The notes under the pieces are model-generated. The model was not told the DNA's origin. It did no database searches and worked only from the letters and a program-made list of their open reading frames with translations. The position numbers and the translations under genes were made by a program. Below are positions 1 through 9,833 of a stretch of 64,000 bases of DNA, one piece after another. Position 1 is the stretch's first letter; the number at the start of each line of letters is the position of its first letter. Source of the DNA: Solirubrobacterales bacterium (GTDB lineage: Bacteria; Actinomycetota; Thermoleophilia; Solirubrobacterales; Solirubrobacteraceae); contig PLFX01000043.1 of assembly GCA_003138355.1 (NCBI GenBank), positions 53,848 through 117,847 of the forward strand, written 5' to 3'.

Positions 1-2
1 GC

Positions 3-1625
3 GTGCGGGCAGCTCGCGGCAACCCGGGCCCGGGCGTGAGCGCAGCAGCGCGCCCGTGGTGGCGCGAAGCGGTCGTGTACCAGATCTACATGCGCAGCTT
101 CGCCGACGCGTCGGGCGACGGCATCGGCGACATCGCGGGGCTCCTGGCGCGGCTCCCCTACCTCCACGAGCTCGGCATCGATGCGATCTGGATCACGCCG
201 TGGTACCGCTCGCCGATGGCCGACGGCGGCTACGACGTCGCCGACTACCGCGACATCGATCCGCTGTTCGGGACGCTCGCCGACGCCGAGGGGCTGATCG
301 GCGCGTGCCATGAGCGCGGCATTCGCGTGATCGTGGACCTCGTGCCGAACCACACCTCCGACCGGCACCACTGGTTTGAGGCGGCGCTCGCCGCGGAGCC
401 GGGCTCGCCCGAGCGGTCGCGATATTGGTTCCGGCCAGGTCGCGGCCGTGGCGGCGAGCTGCCGCCGAACAACTGGCAGTCGCGATTCGGCGGCCTGGCG
501 TGGACGCAGGTGCCCGACGGCGAGTGGTATCTGCACCTGTTTGCGCCGGAGCAGCCGGACCTCAACTGGGCAAACCCGGCGGTGGCCGACGAGTTCGACT
601 CGATCCTGCGCTTCTGGCTCGACCGCGATGTCGACGGCTTTCGCATCGACGTCGCTCATGGGCTGATGAAGGACCCCGAGCTGCCGGACCTCGCGCAGCA
701 CGCGGGCGCCGAGCACAACGGCGCGGGCAGCCATCCGCACTGGGACCGCGACGAGGTGCAGGCGATCTATCAGCGCTGGCGGAGGCTCGCCGACCGCTAC
801 GGCGGTGAGCGCCTGTTCGTCGCCGAGGCGTGGGTCGCGGGCGCTGACCGGCTCGCGCGCTACGTCGCGAGCGGCGGCCTCGACACCGCGTTCAATTTCG
901 ACTTCCTACGCTGCGCGTGGGACGCCGGCGAGCTGCGCGCGGTCATCGATCGCACGCTTGCGACGCTCGGCGGCACGGGCGCGCCGGCGACCTGGGTGCT
1001 TTCAAACCACGACGTGCAAAGGCACATCACGCGCTACGCGGGCTCGCCCGCCGACCTCGTCCGCGGCACGCGCCGCGCGCGCGCCGCCGCGCTGCTGATG
1101 CTCGCCCTGCCGGGTGGCGCCTACATCTACCAGGGGGAGGAGCTCGGCCTGTGGGAGGTCGAGGACATTCCGGCGGAGCTGATGCAGGATCCGCGCTTCA
1201 GGCTGAGCGGACGCACGCGCGACGGCTGCCGGGTACCGCTGCCCTGGTCGGGCGAGGTGTCGCCGTTCGGCTTCAGCCCGGCGGGCGCGGGCTCGACGCC
1301 ATGGCTACCGCAACCGGACGCGTGGCGCGCCTTCACCGCGACGAGCCAGGAGCGCGATCCGGATTCGATGCTCGAGCTCTATCGCCGCTCGTTGCGGATC
1401 CGCCGATCCCACCCGGCGCTCGGCGACGGCGACCTCGAATGGGACGCCGATGCACCCGCGAACGTGCTGTCGTTCCAGCGCGAGCCGGGCTTCCGCTGCA
1501 TCGTCAATTTGTCGACGAGTGCGGTCGAGCTCCCTGCGGGCGCGGACGTGATCCTCGCGAGCGCGCCGCTGGCCGGCGGCCGGCTGGCGCCCGATACCGC
1601 TGCCTGGCTGCAGCTGGCTCGCTGA
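3..1625 (+). CDS. GH13 family alpha-glucosidase / oligo-1,6-glucosidase-like hydrolase
   Basis: 540-aa ORF carrying the conserved GH13 blocks 'WWREAVVYQIYMRSFADASGDGIGD', 'GIDAIWITPWYRSPMADGGYDVADY', 'VIVDLVPNHTSDRH', 'GFRIDVAHG', 'FVAEAW' and 'SNHD'. The ORF begins at the window edge, so the true start could lie upstream. Confidence 0.85.
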   Translation: MRAARGNPGPGVSAAARPWWREAVVYQIYMRSFADASGDGIGDIAGLLARLPYLHELGIDAIWITPWYRSPMADGGYDVADYRDIDPLFGTLADAEGLIGACHERGIRVIVDLVPNHTSDRHHWFEAALAAEPGSPERSRYWFRPGRGRGGELPPNNWQSRFGGLAWTQVPDGEWYLHLFAPEQPDLNWANPAVADEFDSILRFWLDRDVDGFRIDVAHGLMKDPELPDLAQHAGAEHNGAGSHPHWDRDEVQAIYQRWRRLADRYGGERLFVAEAWVAGADRLARYVASGGLDTAFNFDFLRCAWDAGELRAVIDRTLATLGGTGAPATWVLSNHDVQRHITRYAGSPADLVRGTRRARAAALLMLALPGGAYIYQGEELGLWEVEDIPAELMQDPRFRLSGRTRDGCRVPLPWSGEVSPFGFSPAGAGSTPWLPQPDAWRAFTATSQERDPDSMLELYRRSLRIRRSHPALGDGDLEWDADAPANVLSFQREPGFRCIVNLSTSAVELPAGADVILASAPLAGGRLAPDTAAWLQLAR

Positions 1626-1640
1626 CGGCCCGCGAACTCG

Positions 1641-2222
1641 CTACTCGGCGGCGACGCCCGCGCGCGCGTCGCCCGCCGCGAGTAGCCGGTCGCGCAGCTC
1701 GCCCTCCTCTTCCGGCGTCGGATCCCAGGTCGCGGGGTCCGGCAGGTCCTCGAGCGAAGCGAGGTCGAAGAGCTTCAGGAAGACCGGTGTCGTCTTGTAG
1801 AGGACCGCGCCGAACTCGGAGCGACCGGCCTCGGAGATCAGTCCGCGATCGAGCAGCGTCGCCACCGGCGACTCCGCGTTGACGCCGCGGATCCGCGCGA
1901 TCTCGGGGCGCGAGACGGGCTGCAGGTAGGCGACGATCGCGAGTGTCTCGAGCTGCGCCGGGGTCAGCGAGCCCTGTCGCGGGCGGCCGAGGAGGCTCCG
2001 CGCCGCATCCTCGGCGTGCGGGTCGCTCGCGAGCGTGTAGCCGCCCGCGACCTCGCGCAGGATAAGCCCGCGCCGGCCGGGCGCGAGCTCTTCGCCGAGC
2101 TCGAGCAGCGCGCCCGCGAGCTCGAGCGCCCCGGCGCCGGTGGCCTCCTCGAGCTCCTCGGCGCTGACCGGTTCGCTCGACAGGAACAGGAGCGCTTCGA
2201 CGGTACGGCCGAGCTCGCTCAT
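1641..2222 (-). CDS. scpB: segregation and condensation protein B
   Basis: 193 aa. Contains 'VEALLFLSSEPVSAEEL' and the winged-helix block 'LTPAQLETLAIVAYLQPVSRPEIARIRGV'. Overlaps scpA by 4 nt. Confidence 0.9.
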   Translation of the reverse strand: MSELGRTVEALLFLSSEPVSAEELEEATGAGALELAGALLELGEELAPGRRGLILREVAGGYTLASDPHAEDAARSLLGRPRQGSLTPAQLETLAIVAYLQPVSRPEIARIRGVNAESPVATLLDRGLISEAGRSEFGAVLYKTTPVFLKLFDLASLEDLPDPATWDPTPEEEGELRDRLLAAGDARAGVAAE

Positions 2223-2974
2223 CGCAGCGCCCCGACGGCCGCTCGCGGTCGCGCCCGCACCGTGATCTCACCGAATGGCTCATCCTGGTCCCAGCTCAGC
2301 TCGCCGCGCTTGTACAGCTCGAGTAGGGCGAAGATCGTGACAGCAACCGTCATGCGGTCGGCGCCGGCGACGGCGTCGTCGAAGCTGACCTCAACCGCCT
2401 TGCGCAGCAGCCGGCGCAGATGAGCGATCCGTTCGCTCACGCTCACGCGCGCGACGAGGACGTGGCTCAGGTCGAGCCGCGGCGGATGCGCGAGCAGGCC
2501 GCCGAGCGCGCGCCCGAGGCTCTGCGGATCCCAAAGGCCGACCGGCGCGTCCTCGAGGTCGACGCGGCGCAGCTCCGGCGGCAGCGGGGCCTCGCGGTAG
2601 CGGACCTTCGGCGCGCCGGCCAAGCGCCGCGCTAGCTGCGCGGAGGCCTCGCGGTAGCGCCGCGCCTCGAGCAGGCGCGCGAGCAGCTCCTCGACCGCCT
2701 CGCCGGGCTCGAGCTCGATCAGCTCGTCGAGCTCCTCGCCGGGGAGCAGGAGCCGCGACTTCAGCTCGAGCAGCGCCGCGACAAGGACGATGAACTCGGT
2801 CGTCGCCTCGAGATCGAGCTCGCCCCTTGCTTCGAGGTGATCGATGTAACTGATCACGACCTCGGCGAGCGAGACCTCGCGCAGGTCGACCTCCTCGCGC
2901 AGGATCAGCGTCAGCAGGAGGTCGAAGGGACCGCTGAAGACGTCGAGGTCGAACTCGAGCTCGGCAAGGCGCAT
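2219..2974 (-). CDS. scpA: segregation and condensation protein A (kleisin)
   Basis: 251 aa. The N-terminal 'FSGPFDLLLTLILREEVDLREVSLAEVV' is typical of ScpA. Forms an operon with scpB. Confidence 0.9.
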   Translation of the reverse strand: MRLAELEFDLDVFSGPFDLLLTLILREEVDLREVSLAEVVISYIDHLEARGELDLEATTEFIVLVAALLELKSRLLLPGEELDELIELEPGEAVEELLARLLEARRYREASAQLARRLAGAPKVRYREAPLPPELRRVDLEDAPVGLWDPQSLGRALGGLLAHPPRLDLSHVLVARVSVSERIAHLRRLLRKAVEVSFDDAVAGADRMTVAVTIFALLELYKRGELSWDQDEPFGEITVRARPRAAVGALR

Positions 2975-2983
2975 GCGCGAACG

Positions 2984-3970
2984 CTAGCGCGGCGATCCGA
3001 CGCCCATGGCCGCACGCACGTCGGCCAGGGTGACGGACGCGAGCGCACGCGCGCGCTCGGCGCCCGCAGCGAAGATCGACTCGAGTCGAGCCTCGTCCGC
3101 GCGCAGCTCGTTGTAGCGCTCGCGCACCGGCGCCAGATAATCGACCACGGCCGCCGCGACCGCGACTTTGAAGTCGCCGTAGCCGGCCTCGCGATGCTCG
3201 TGCTCGACCACCGCCGGGTCGACGCCGCGAACGACAGCGAGGATCTCGATCAGGTTCGCGATCCCTGGCTTGTCCGGCGCGCGGTGGACGCCCTTGCCCG
3301 AATCCGTGACCGCGCGCTTGAACTTACGCTCGATCTGCGCCGGTTCATCCAGCACGTAGACCGTACCCTCGGCGCTTGCGCTCGTCGTCGACATCTTGCT
3401 CGTCGGATCCTGGAGGTCCATGATCCGCGCGCCGACCTGCGGGATCACCGCCTCTGGCACGACGAGCGTCTCCCCGAAGCGCGCGTTGAAGCGCCCGGCG
3501 ACATCGCGCATCAGCTCGACGTGCTGGCGCTGGTCCTCGCCGACCGGCACCTCGTGCGCGCGGTATGCGAGGACGTCGGCGGCCATCAGCACTGGATAGA
3601 GGAAGAGGCCGGCCGTGCTTAGCTCGCGCTGCTTCGCTGACTTGTCCTTGTACTGCGTCATCCGCTCGAGCTCGCCCTTCGCCGTCACCGACGTGAGTAG
3701 CCAGGTGAGCTCGGTGTGCTCGTGCACGTCGGACTGGCGGAAGAGGATGCAGCGCTCGGGGTCGAGGCCCGCCGCGAGCAGGATTGCCGCCGTGTCGTAG
3801 ACAAGCTGGGGCAGCTCCCGCGGGTCGAACGGAACGGTCAGCGAGTGCAGGTCGACGATGCTGTAGATCGCCTCGCCGCGGTCCTGCCCCGCGACGTACT
3901 GGACGATCGCGCCGATGTAGTTGCCGAGGTGCTTGCGCCCCGTCGGTTGGATGCCGGAGAAGATCCGCAT
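2984..3970 (-). CDS. trpS: tryptophan--tRNA ligase
   Basis: 328 aa. Class I aaRS signatures 'QPTGRKHLGNYIG' (HIGH-like) and 'KMSTT' (KMSKS-like). Confidence 0.95.
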   Translation of the reverse strand: MRIFSGIQPTGRKHLGNYIGAIVQYVAGQDRGEAIYSIVDLHSLTVPFDPRELPQLVYDTAAILLAAGLDPERCILFRQSDVHEHTELTWLLTSVTAKGELERMTQYKDKSAKQRELSTAGLFLYPVLMAADVLAYRAHEVPVGEDQRQHVELMRDVAGRFNARFGETLVVPEAVIPQVGARIMDLQDPTSKMSTTSASAEGTVYVLDEPAQIERKFKRAVTDSGKGVHRAPDKPGIANLIEILAVVRGVDPAVVEHEHREAGYGDFKVAVAAAVVDYLAPVRERYNELRADEARLESIFAAGAERARALASVTLADVRAAMGVGSPR

Positions 3971-4003
3971 GCGCGGCAGGCTACAGGTGATCTGTGGGGA
4001 GTT

Positions 4004-5515
4004 TCAGAGCGCCTGGCGCAGAACCGGCTGCTTGGCGGCGCCCGCCTCGTCGAGGCGGCGCACCGGCGTCGTGTAGGGCGCGCCGCGCGCGATCTCGGGG
4101 TCGGCGCGCGCTTCGCTCAGGATCTCGGCGATCGCCTGCGCGAACGCGTCGAGCGTCTCCTTCGTCTCGGTCTCGGTCGGCTCGACGAGTAGCGCCTCCT
4201 CGACAAGCAGCGGGAAGTAAACGGTCGGCGGGTGGTAGCCGTGGTCGAGCAGGCGTTTGGCGAGATCGAGCGTACGGATCCCGAGCTCACGCTTCATCGG
4301 CGCGCCGCTGAGCGCGAACTCGTGCATGCAGATCCGGTCGTAGGCGGGCGGCAGGAGCTCGGTCACCCCGAGCTGGCGCAGGCGCGCGAGTAAGTAATTC
4401 GCGTTGAGCACGGCGATCTCCGACGCATCTCGCAGGCCGGTCGCCCCGAGTGAGCAGATGTAGGCGTAGGCGCGCACGAAGCAGCCATAGTTGCCCTGGA
4501 AGCCACGCAGGCGGCCGATCGACTTCGGGCGGTCGAAGTCGAGGTCGAACTCGCGGTGCGAGCCGTTCGACTCCTCGCCGCCGTGGCGCACGATCACCGG
4601 TTGTGGGAGAAACGGGGCGAGCGTCGCAGAGACGGCGATCGGGCCCGACCCTGGTCCGCCGCCGCCGTGTGGCTGGGTGAAGGACTTGTGCAGATTGAAG
4701 TGCACGATGTCGAACCCCATGTCGCCCGGGCGTGAGATACCCATGATCGCGTTGAGGTTCGCCCCGTCGTAGTAGGCGGTCGCCCCCGCCTCGTGGACGA
4801 TCCGCACGATCTCCTCGATGTTCGGGTCGAACAAGCCGAGCGTGTTCGGGTTGGTCAGCATGAGGCACGCGGTCTGCGCGTCCGCCTTTGCGCGCAGGTC
4901 GTCGAGGTCGACGCCGCCGTCGGCGTTCGTGCCGACCTTGACAACCTCGTAACCCGCCATCGTCACCGTCGCGGGGTTCGTGCCGTGCGCCGTGTCCGGT
5001 GTCAGTACCGTGCGGCGCTGCTCACCGCGGTCAGCGTGATAGGCGCGCGTAAGCAGAACACCCGCGAGCTCGCCGTGGGATCCGGCGGACGGCTGCAGCG
5101 AGACGTGCGGGAGCCCCGCGATCTCGGCCAGCGCGCGTTCGAGGTTCCACATCAACGCGAGCGCGCCCTGCGCGCGCGCCGGATCCTGGTGCGGGTGCAG
5201 CCGCGCGTGCCCGGCGAGGCCGGCGACGCGCTCGTGCAGGCGCGGGTTGTGCTTCATCGTGCACGAGCCGAGCGGGTAGAAGCCGGTGTCGAGGTCGAAG
5301 TTGCGCCGCGAGAGCTTGACGTAATGGCGCACGATCTCGGGCTCGGACAGCTCGGGCAGCCGCGCCGGCTGCTTGCGGCGCAGGGCCCGCGGTATCAGCT
5401 CATCGAGCGGGCGCTCGGGAACGTCGACCGCCGGCGGCGTGAATGCCCTGCGCCCCGGCTTTCCCTTCTCGAAGATCGTCGCCGCCCGATCGCGCTGCAT
5501 CGCCGTCTCGGTCAT
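4004..5515 (-). CDS. gcvPB: glycine dehydrogenase (decarboxylating) subunit 2
   Basis: PLP-lysine block 'FNLHKSFTQPHGGGGPG'. I place the start at ATG 5515 (MTETAMQRD...), which forms an ATGA overlap with the gcvPA stop. The Arg-rich 65-aa extension of the 568-aa ORF lies inside gcvPA and is rejected. Confidence 0.9.
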   Translation of the reverse strand: MTETAMQRDRAATIFEKGKPGRRAFTPPAVDVPERPLDELIPRALRRKQPARLPELSEPEIVRHYVKLSRRNFDLDTGFYPLGSCTMKHNPRLHERVAGLAGHARLHPHQDPARAQGALALMWNLERALAEIAGLPHVSLQPSAGSHGELAGVLLTRAYHADRGEQRRTVLTPDTAHGTNPATVTMAGYEVVKVGTNADGGVDLDDLRAKADAQTACLMLTNPNTLGLFDPNIEEIVRIVHEAGATAYYDGANLNAIMGISRPGDMGFDIVHFNLHKSFTQPHGGGGPGSGPIAVSATLAPFLPQPVIVRHGGEESNGSHREFDLDFDRPKSIGRLRGFQGNYGCFVRAYAYICSLGATGLRDASEIAVLNANYLLARLRQLGVTELLPPAYDRICMHEFALSGAPMKRELGIRTLDLAKRLLDHGYHPPTVYFPLLVEEALLVEPTETETKETLDAFAQAIAEILSEARADPEIARGAPYTTPVRRLDEAGAAKQPVLRQAL

Positions 5516-6921
5516 TCCGCCGCTTCCCCTCCTGCGCTCGCGGCGCCGGCGCCGGCGCGCTCCGCGCGGACCGCGCGTCCGAGCACGTCGACCAGCAGGT
5601 CGATGTCGGCGCGGCTGCGCTGCTCGGTGATCGCCACGAGCAGGCCATCGGGATGCTCCGGATAATCGAAGCCGAGCGGGTGACCGGGGTTCACGTGCTC
5701 GGCCGCGCAACGGCGCAGGACGCGCCGCACGGCCTCGAGGTCGCGCAGGCCGAGCGAGACCGCGAACTCGCGCACGACCGGCTGCTCGTGCAGGAGCGAG
5801 ACGCCGTCGACCGCGGCGAGGGCGCTGCGCGCGTACGCGGTGCGCTGCACGAGGAGCTCGCCGAGCTCGACAAGACCCGCGCGCCCGAGCCAGGACAGGT
5901 AGACGACGCCGGCCAGCGCGTTGAGCGCCTGCGCGGTGCAGATGTTCGAGGTCGCGCGCTCGCGGCGGATGTGCTGCTCTCGCGTCTGCAGCGTGAGCAC
6001 GAAGCCGCGGCGGCCGTCGACGTCCACGGTCTCCCCGGCGATCCGGCCCGGCATGCGGCGCATGTGCTCGGCGCGGGTCGCGAAGAAGCCGAACGAAGGG
6101 CCGCCGAAATCGAGTCTGTTGCCGAGCGGCTGGCCCTCGCCCACGCAGACGTCGACGCCGAACGCACCGGGCGGCTCGAGGAGTCCCAGCGTGAGCGGGT
6201 CGGCGCTGCAGACGACGAGCGCTCCACGCTCGCGCGCAAGGCCGACGAGCGGCTCGAGATCCTCGACGGCGCCGAGGTAGTTGGGCTGCGCGACGAAGAC
6301 GGCGCTTACGTCCTCGTCGATCGCGCTGCCCCAGGCGGCGAGGTCGGTGACGCCGTCGCTCAGCGGCACTTCGCTGACGCTCATCCCGTAGCCGGCGCAG
6401 AGGGTGACGAGCGTCTCGCGCGCGTGCGGGTGGACCCCCCGGGAGACGACGAAGCGGCTGCGCCCGTTCGCCAGCTTCGCGAGGTAGCCCGCGGCTGCGA
6501 CGGCCGACGGGCCTTCATAGACGGAGGCGTTCGAGACGTCCATCCCCGTCAGCTCGCAGATCGCCGTCTGATACTCGAACATCACCTGCAGCCCGCCCTG
6601 CGAGATCTCCGGCTGGTAGGGCGTGTATGGCGTGAGGAACTCGGAGCGCGAGGTCAGCATGTCGATCAGCGCGGGCACGTAGTGGTCGTACATGCCGGCG
6701 CCGAGAAACGAGACCTCGTCCTCGGTGGAGGTGTTGCGAGCGGCGAGCTCGCGCAGGTGCGCATACACCTCGGCCTCGCTGAGCCCGGCGCCGAGCTCGA
6801 GCGGCGCGGCGCAGCGCAGCGACTCCGGGATGTCCGCGAACAGCTCGTCGACGCTAGCGACCCCGATCGCCTCGAGCATCGCTTGGCGGTCGGCGTCAGT
6901 AGCGGCTGTGTAACGGGTCAT
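5512..6921 (-). CDS. gcvPA: glycine dehydrogenase (decarboxylating) subunit 1
   Basis: 469 aa. Contains 'FLGAGMYDHYVPA' and 'PYQPEISQGGLQVMFEYQT', typical of GcvPA. Overlaps both gcvH and gcvPB. Confidence 0.93.
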   Translation of the reverse strand: MTRYTAATDADRQAMLEAIGVASVDELFADIPESLRCAAPLELGAGLSEAEVYAHLRELAARNTSTEDEVSFLGAGMYDHYVPALIDMLTSRSEFLTPYTPYQPEISQGGLQVMFEYQTAICELTGMDVSNASVYEGPSAVAAAGYLAKLANGRSRFVVSRGVHPHARETLVTLCAGYGMSVSEVPLSDGVTDLAAWGSAIDEDVSAVFVAQPNYLGAVEDLEPLVGLARERGALVVCSADPLTLGLLEPPGAFGVDVCVGEGQPLGNRLDFGGPSFGFFATRAEHMRRMPGRIAGETVDVDGRRGFVLTLQTREQHIRRERATSNICTAQALNALAGVVYLSWLGRAGLVELGELLVQRTAYARSALAAVDGVSLLHEQPVVREFAVSLGLRDLEAVRRVLRRCAAEHVNPGHPLGFDYPEHPDGLLVAITEQRSRADIDLLVDVLGRAVRAERAGAGAASAGGEAAE

Positions 6922-7307
6922 TCGTCGAGCGTCGCGACGTACGCGTCGCGATTGAGCAGGCCCCCTGCCTCGCTCGCGTCGGCGATCCGGACCTTGACCA
7001 GCCAGCCCTCGCCGTAGGGATCCTCGTTGATCAGCTCAGGCTTTGCGGCGAGCTGAGCGTTCGTCTCGATCACTTCACCGGTCAGTGGCGCGAAGACGTC
7101 CGAGACCGCCTTGACCGACTCGACCTCGGTGTAGGCCTCGTTCGCGCTCAGCTGCGTGCCCACCGCGGGCGTCTCGACGAAGACGATCTCGCCAAGTGCG
7201 TCCTGCGCGTGCCAGGTGATCCCGAACGTCGCGACTTCCCCCTCGACCCGCGCCCAGTCGTGCTCAGGGTGGTACAGCAGCTCGGGTGGGTAGGACGCTT
7301 CAGCCAT
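6918..7307 (-). CDS. gcvH: glycine cleavage system H protein
   Basis: 129 aa with the lipoyl-lysine motif 'EVESVKAVSDVFAPLTGEV'. Confidence 0.95.
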   Translation of the reverse strand: MAEASYPPELLYHPEHDWARVEGEVATFGITWHAQDALGEIVFVETPAVGTQLSANEAYTEVESVKAVSDVFAPLTGEVIETNAQLAAKPELINEDPYGEGWLVKVRIADASEAGGLLNRDAYVATLDE

Positions 7308-7342
7308 CTGCGCGAGGCTCAGCCTAACAGCGCGCCGCTACC

Positions 7343-8413
7343 TCAGGCGTGCGCGTACAGCGGCCGCTTCACGACGCGCGCACGGCGCGTCCGCCCGCGC
7401 ACGTCGATCTCGAACTCGCTGCCCTCACCGGCATGCTCTAGCGGAAGGTAGGCCATGCCGATGCCGACCTCGAGGCTCGGCGAGAAGGTCCCGCTCGTGA
7501 CGACGCCGCCGCCGACGACCGCGTCGCCCGGGCGTGCGATGCCCTCCGCGGTGAGCACGAATGGCACGAGCTTCTCGGGCGGCGGATTCTCGCGCGCCGC
7601 GCGCACGGCATCCGCTCCGATGAAGCCCGTGTCCTCCTTGCAGCACCAGCCAAGCCCGGCCTCGATCGGCCCGCGCTCGGTCGAGAGGTCATTCCCATAC
7701 AGGTGGTAGCAGACCTCGGTCCGCAGCGTGTCGCGCGCGGCAAGGCCGGCGGGGCGCGCGCCGCGGCGCGTCAACGCCTCCCAGACGACGGGGGCAGCAT
7801 CCGGGTCGAGGAGCAACTCGACGCCGTCCTCGCCTGTGTACCCGGTCCCAGCGACGAGCGCCGGGTTACCGCCGATGATGCGCGACGCGACGGTCATTCG
7901 CTCGGGCAGCGGAGAGTTTGCGTCCGCCTGGACGATCTCGCGCGCGAGCGGCCCCTGCACCGCGAGCATCGCGTAGTCGCCGGCGCGGTCGTACAGCTCG
8001 ACGTCGAAGCCGTCGGCCTGCGAGCGAAACCAGTCGAGGTCGCGTTCGTGGTTTGCGGCGTTGGTCACGGTCAGGTATTGGCCGGGTGCGAGCTGGTAGG
8101 TGAAGAGGTCGTCAAGGACGCCGCCGTCCTCGCGACAGAGCACGCTGTACTGCGCACCGCCGAGGCCGAGGCGCGCGACGTCGTTGGACAGCAGACGCTG
8201 GAGCAGGGCCAGCGCATCCGGCCCGCTCGTCTCGATTTGACCCATGTGCGAGACGTCGAAGATCCCCGCGATCGAGCGCACGGCACGGTGCTCGGCGATC
8301 ACGCCCTCGTACTGCACGGGCATCTCCCAGCCGGCGAAAGGCACCATCCGGGCCCCGAGCGCGACGTGCGCGTCGTAGAGAGAAGTGCGCCGCAGTGGCG
8401 CCGTGACACTCAC
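7343..8413 (-). CDS. gcvT: glycine cleavage system aminomethyltransferase T
   Basis: 356 aa. Contains '[28 protein letters not shown]'. GTG start at 8413. First gene of gcvT-H-PA-PB. Confidence 0.93.
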   Translation of the reverse strand: MSVTAPLRRTSLYDAHVALGARMVPFAGWEMPVQYEGVIAEHRAVRSIAGIFDVSHMGQIETSGPDALALLQRLLSNDVARLGLGGAQYSVLCREDGGVLDDLFTYQLAPGQYLTVTNAANHERDLDWFRSQADGFDVELYDRAGDYAMLAVQGPLAREIVQADANSPLPERMTVASRIIGGNPALVAGTGYTGEDGVELLLDPDAAPVVWEALTRRGARPAGLAARDTLRTEVCYHLYGNDLSTERGPIEAGLGWCCKEDTGFIGADAVRAARENPPPEKLVPFVLTAEGIARPGDAVVGGGVVTSGTFSPSLEVGIGMAYLPLEHAGEGSEFEIDVRGRTRRARVVKRPLYAHA

Positions 8414-8431
8414 GCACCCAGGCTATCGCTC

Positions 8432-8607
8432 CGGCGGCTCGGCCTTCGGCCGACCGTCCTCGCGGAGATCAAACGGCCTTGGTGCTGGGCGCGCCGCTCA
8501 GGCTCCACCGGCGGCGCACAGCCAGCCGCTGGGTTGTGGATGGGTCCGAGCGTCCCCCGAGTACTTCATTTCAAGGCGAGGACGGTCGGCCGGAGGCCGA
8601 GCCGCCG
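8432..8607 (-). promoter_or_regulatory. structured gcvT leader bounded by 29-nt inverted repeats (regulatory RNA candidate; possible degenerate glycine-riboswitch-like core)
   Basis: Positions 8432-8460 (cggcggctcggccttcggccgaccgtcct) and 8579-8607 (aggacggtcggccggaggccgagccgccg) are reverse complements with a single mismatch. Each arm is itself a small hairpin. They bracket about 118 nt between the ftsZ stop and the gcvT SD. The internal sequence 'GGUGGAGCC...GCACCAAGG...GAUCUCCGCGAGGAC' only partially resembles the glycine aptamer consensus. Confidence 0.4.
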
Positions 8608-8611
8608 CCCG

Positions 8612-9739
8612 CTAGCGCAGGAACGGCGGAACGTCGATGTCCTCGTCGCGAATCTCGAGCGAGGAGCGCTCCGGCTGGCGCGGACGTTCGCGCCGGCCGG
8701 GCTCGCGCCCAGGACGCTCCGCACGGCCGCTCGGCCGTTCGCGTGGCGGCGGCGAGACCGACTCTCGGCGGTTTGGCCGCAGCCGCGTCTCGGCTGGCGG
8801 TGCGAAGCCGGTGCCGATCACCGTCACGGTCACCTCCTCGCCGCGCTGCTCGTCGATCACTGCGCCGAAGATGATGTTCGCGTCCGGATCGGCCGCCGCC
8901 TGAACGATCTCGGCGGCCTCGTCGACCTCGAAGAGGCCGAGGTCGGGCGGACCGGTGATGTTGATGACGATGCCTGTCGCGCCCTGGATGTCCTCGTCGA
9001 TGAGCGGCGAGCTGATCGCGGCCTGCGCGGCGTCGCTCGCGCGACCCTCGCCGACGCCGGTGCCCATGCCCATCATCGCCGTGCCGGCGCCGGTCATGAT
9101 CGTGCGCACGTCGGCAAAGTCGAGGTTGATCAGGCCGGGCACGGTGACGAGGTCGGTGATCCCCTGGACCCCGTAGCGCAGGACGTTGTCCGCGACCTTG
9201 AACGCCTCGACCATTGACGTCTTCTTCTCGACGATCGTCAGCAGGCGCTCGTTCGGGATCACGATCAGCGCGTCGACCTGGTCGCGCAGGCGACGGATGC
9301 CCTCCTCGGCCTGGCGCATCCGGTGCGTTCCCTCGAAGTCGAACGGGCGTGTGACGATCCCGATCGTCAGCGCGCCGATCTCCTTCTTGGCGATCTCGGC
9401 GATGACGGGCGAGGCGCCGGTGCCGGTGCCGCCGCCTTCGCCGGCGGTCACGAACACCATGTCGGCGCCCTTGAGCACCTCTTTGATCTCGTCACGTGAC
9501 TCGGACGCGGCGCCGAAGCCCGTCTCCGGGTTGGCACCCGCGCCGAGGCCATGCGTCAGCTCGGCGCCGATGTTGATCTTGACCTCGGCATCGGCCGACT
9601 GGAGCGACTGCGAATCCGTATTCGTCGCGATGAACTCGACTCCGCGCAGGCCGGCGTCAACCATCCGGCTGACGGCGTTCGTGCCGGCGCCGCCGACGCC
9701 GACGACCTTTATGACCGCGAGATAGTTACCGCCGTCCAT
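8612..9739 (-). CDS. ftsZ: cell division protein FtsZ
   Basis: 375 aa. Contains '[10 protein letters not shown]', the tubulin signature '[15 protein letters not shown]', and the C-terminal peptide 'DIDVPPFLR'. Confidence 0.97.
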   Translation of the reverse strand: MDGGNYLAVIKVVGVGGAGTNAVSRMVDAGLRGVEFIATNTDSQSLQSADAEVKINIGAELTHGLGAGANPETGFGAASESRDEIKEVLKGADMVFVTAGEGGGTGTGASPVIAEIAKKEIGALTIGIVTRPFDFEGTHRMRQAEEGIRRLRDQVDALIVIPNERLLTIVEKKTSMVEAFKVADNVLRYGVQGITDLVTVPGLINLDFADVRTIMTGAGTAMMGMGTGVGEGRASDAAQAAISSPLIDEDIQGATGIVINITGPPDLGLFEVDEAAEIVQAAADPDANIIFGAVIDEQRGEEVTVTVIGTGFAPPAETRLRPNRRESVSPPPRERPSGRAERPGREPGRRERPRQPERSSLEIRDEDIDVPPFLR

Positions 9740-9804
9740 CTATGTCCGAGTCTCTAGTGAGAATGAAGGGTTTTTCGGCTCCGCAGCGACGGTGCCGGAA
9801 ACCC

Positions 9805-9833
9805 ACGTTATGCAGGGGTCCTTCGCGTGTCAA
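9805..9833 (-). promoter_or_regulatory. candidate sigma-A type promoter for ftsZ
   Basis: On the minus strand, TTGACA (9833-9828) is followed by a 17-nt spacer and TAACGT (9810-9805). It sits in a 170-bp AT-richer island between ftsQ and ftsZ. Confidence 0.35.

Noticed and set aside
5443-7017. Long plus-strand ORF (524 aa) and similar long ORFs: 7703..9217 (+, 504 aa), 22522..24294 (+, 590 aa), 19534..20460 (+), 32326..33780 (+, 484 aa), 40562..41794 (+), 41779..42870 (+), 45141..46169 (+) and 60641..62089 (-, 482 aa).
   Set aside because: Each lies antisense to, or out of frame with, a gene whose product has unmistakable family motifs (gcvPA, gcvT/ftsZ, ftsI, pntB, ecfA, ecfT, CE7, IS110 transposase). 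Their translations are Arg/Ala/Gly/Pro-rich low-complexity strings, typical of stop-codon-poor frames in ~70% GC DNA.
8414-8611. Calling a canonical tandem glycine riboswitch upstream of gcvT.
   Set aside because: Only one partial aptamer-like core is visible. The GCAA and P3 hairpin segments and a second aptamer are missing. I report the structured leader but not a riboswitch feature. cmsearch with RF00504 would decide.
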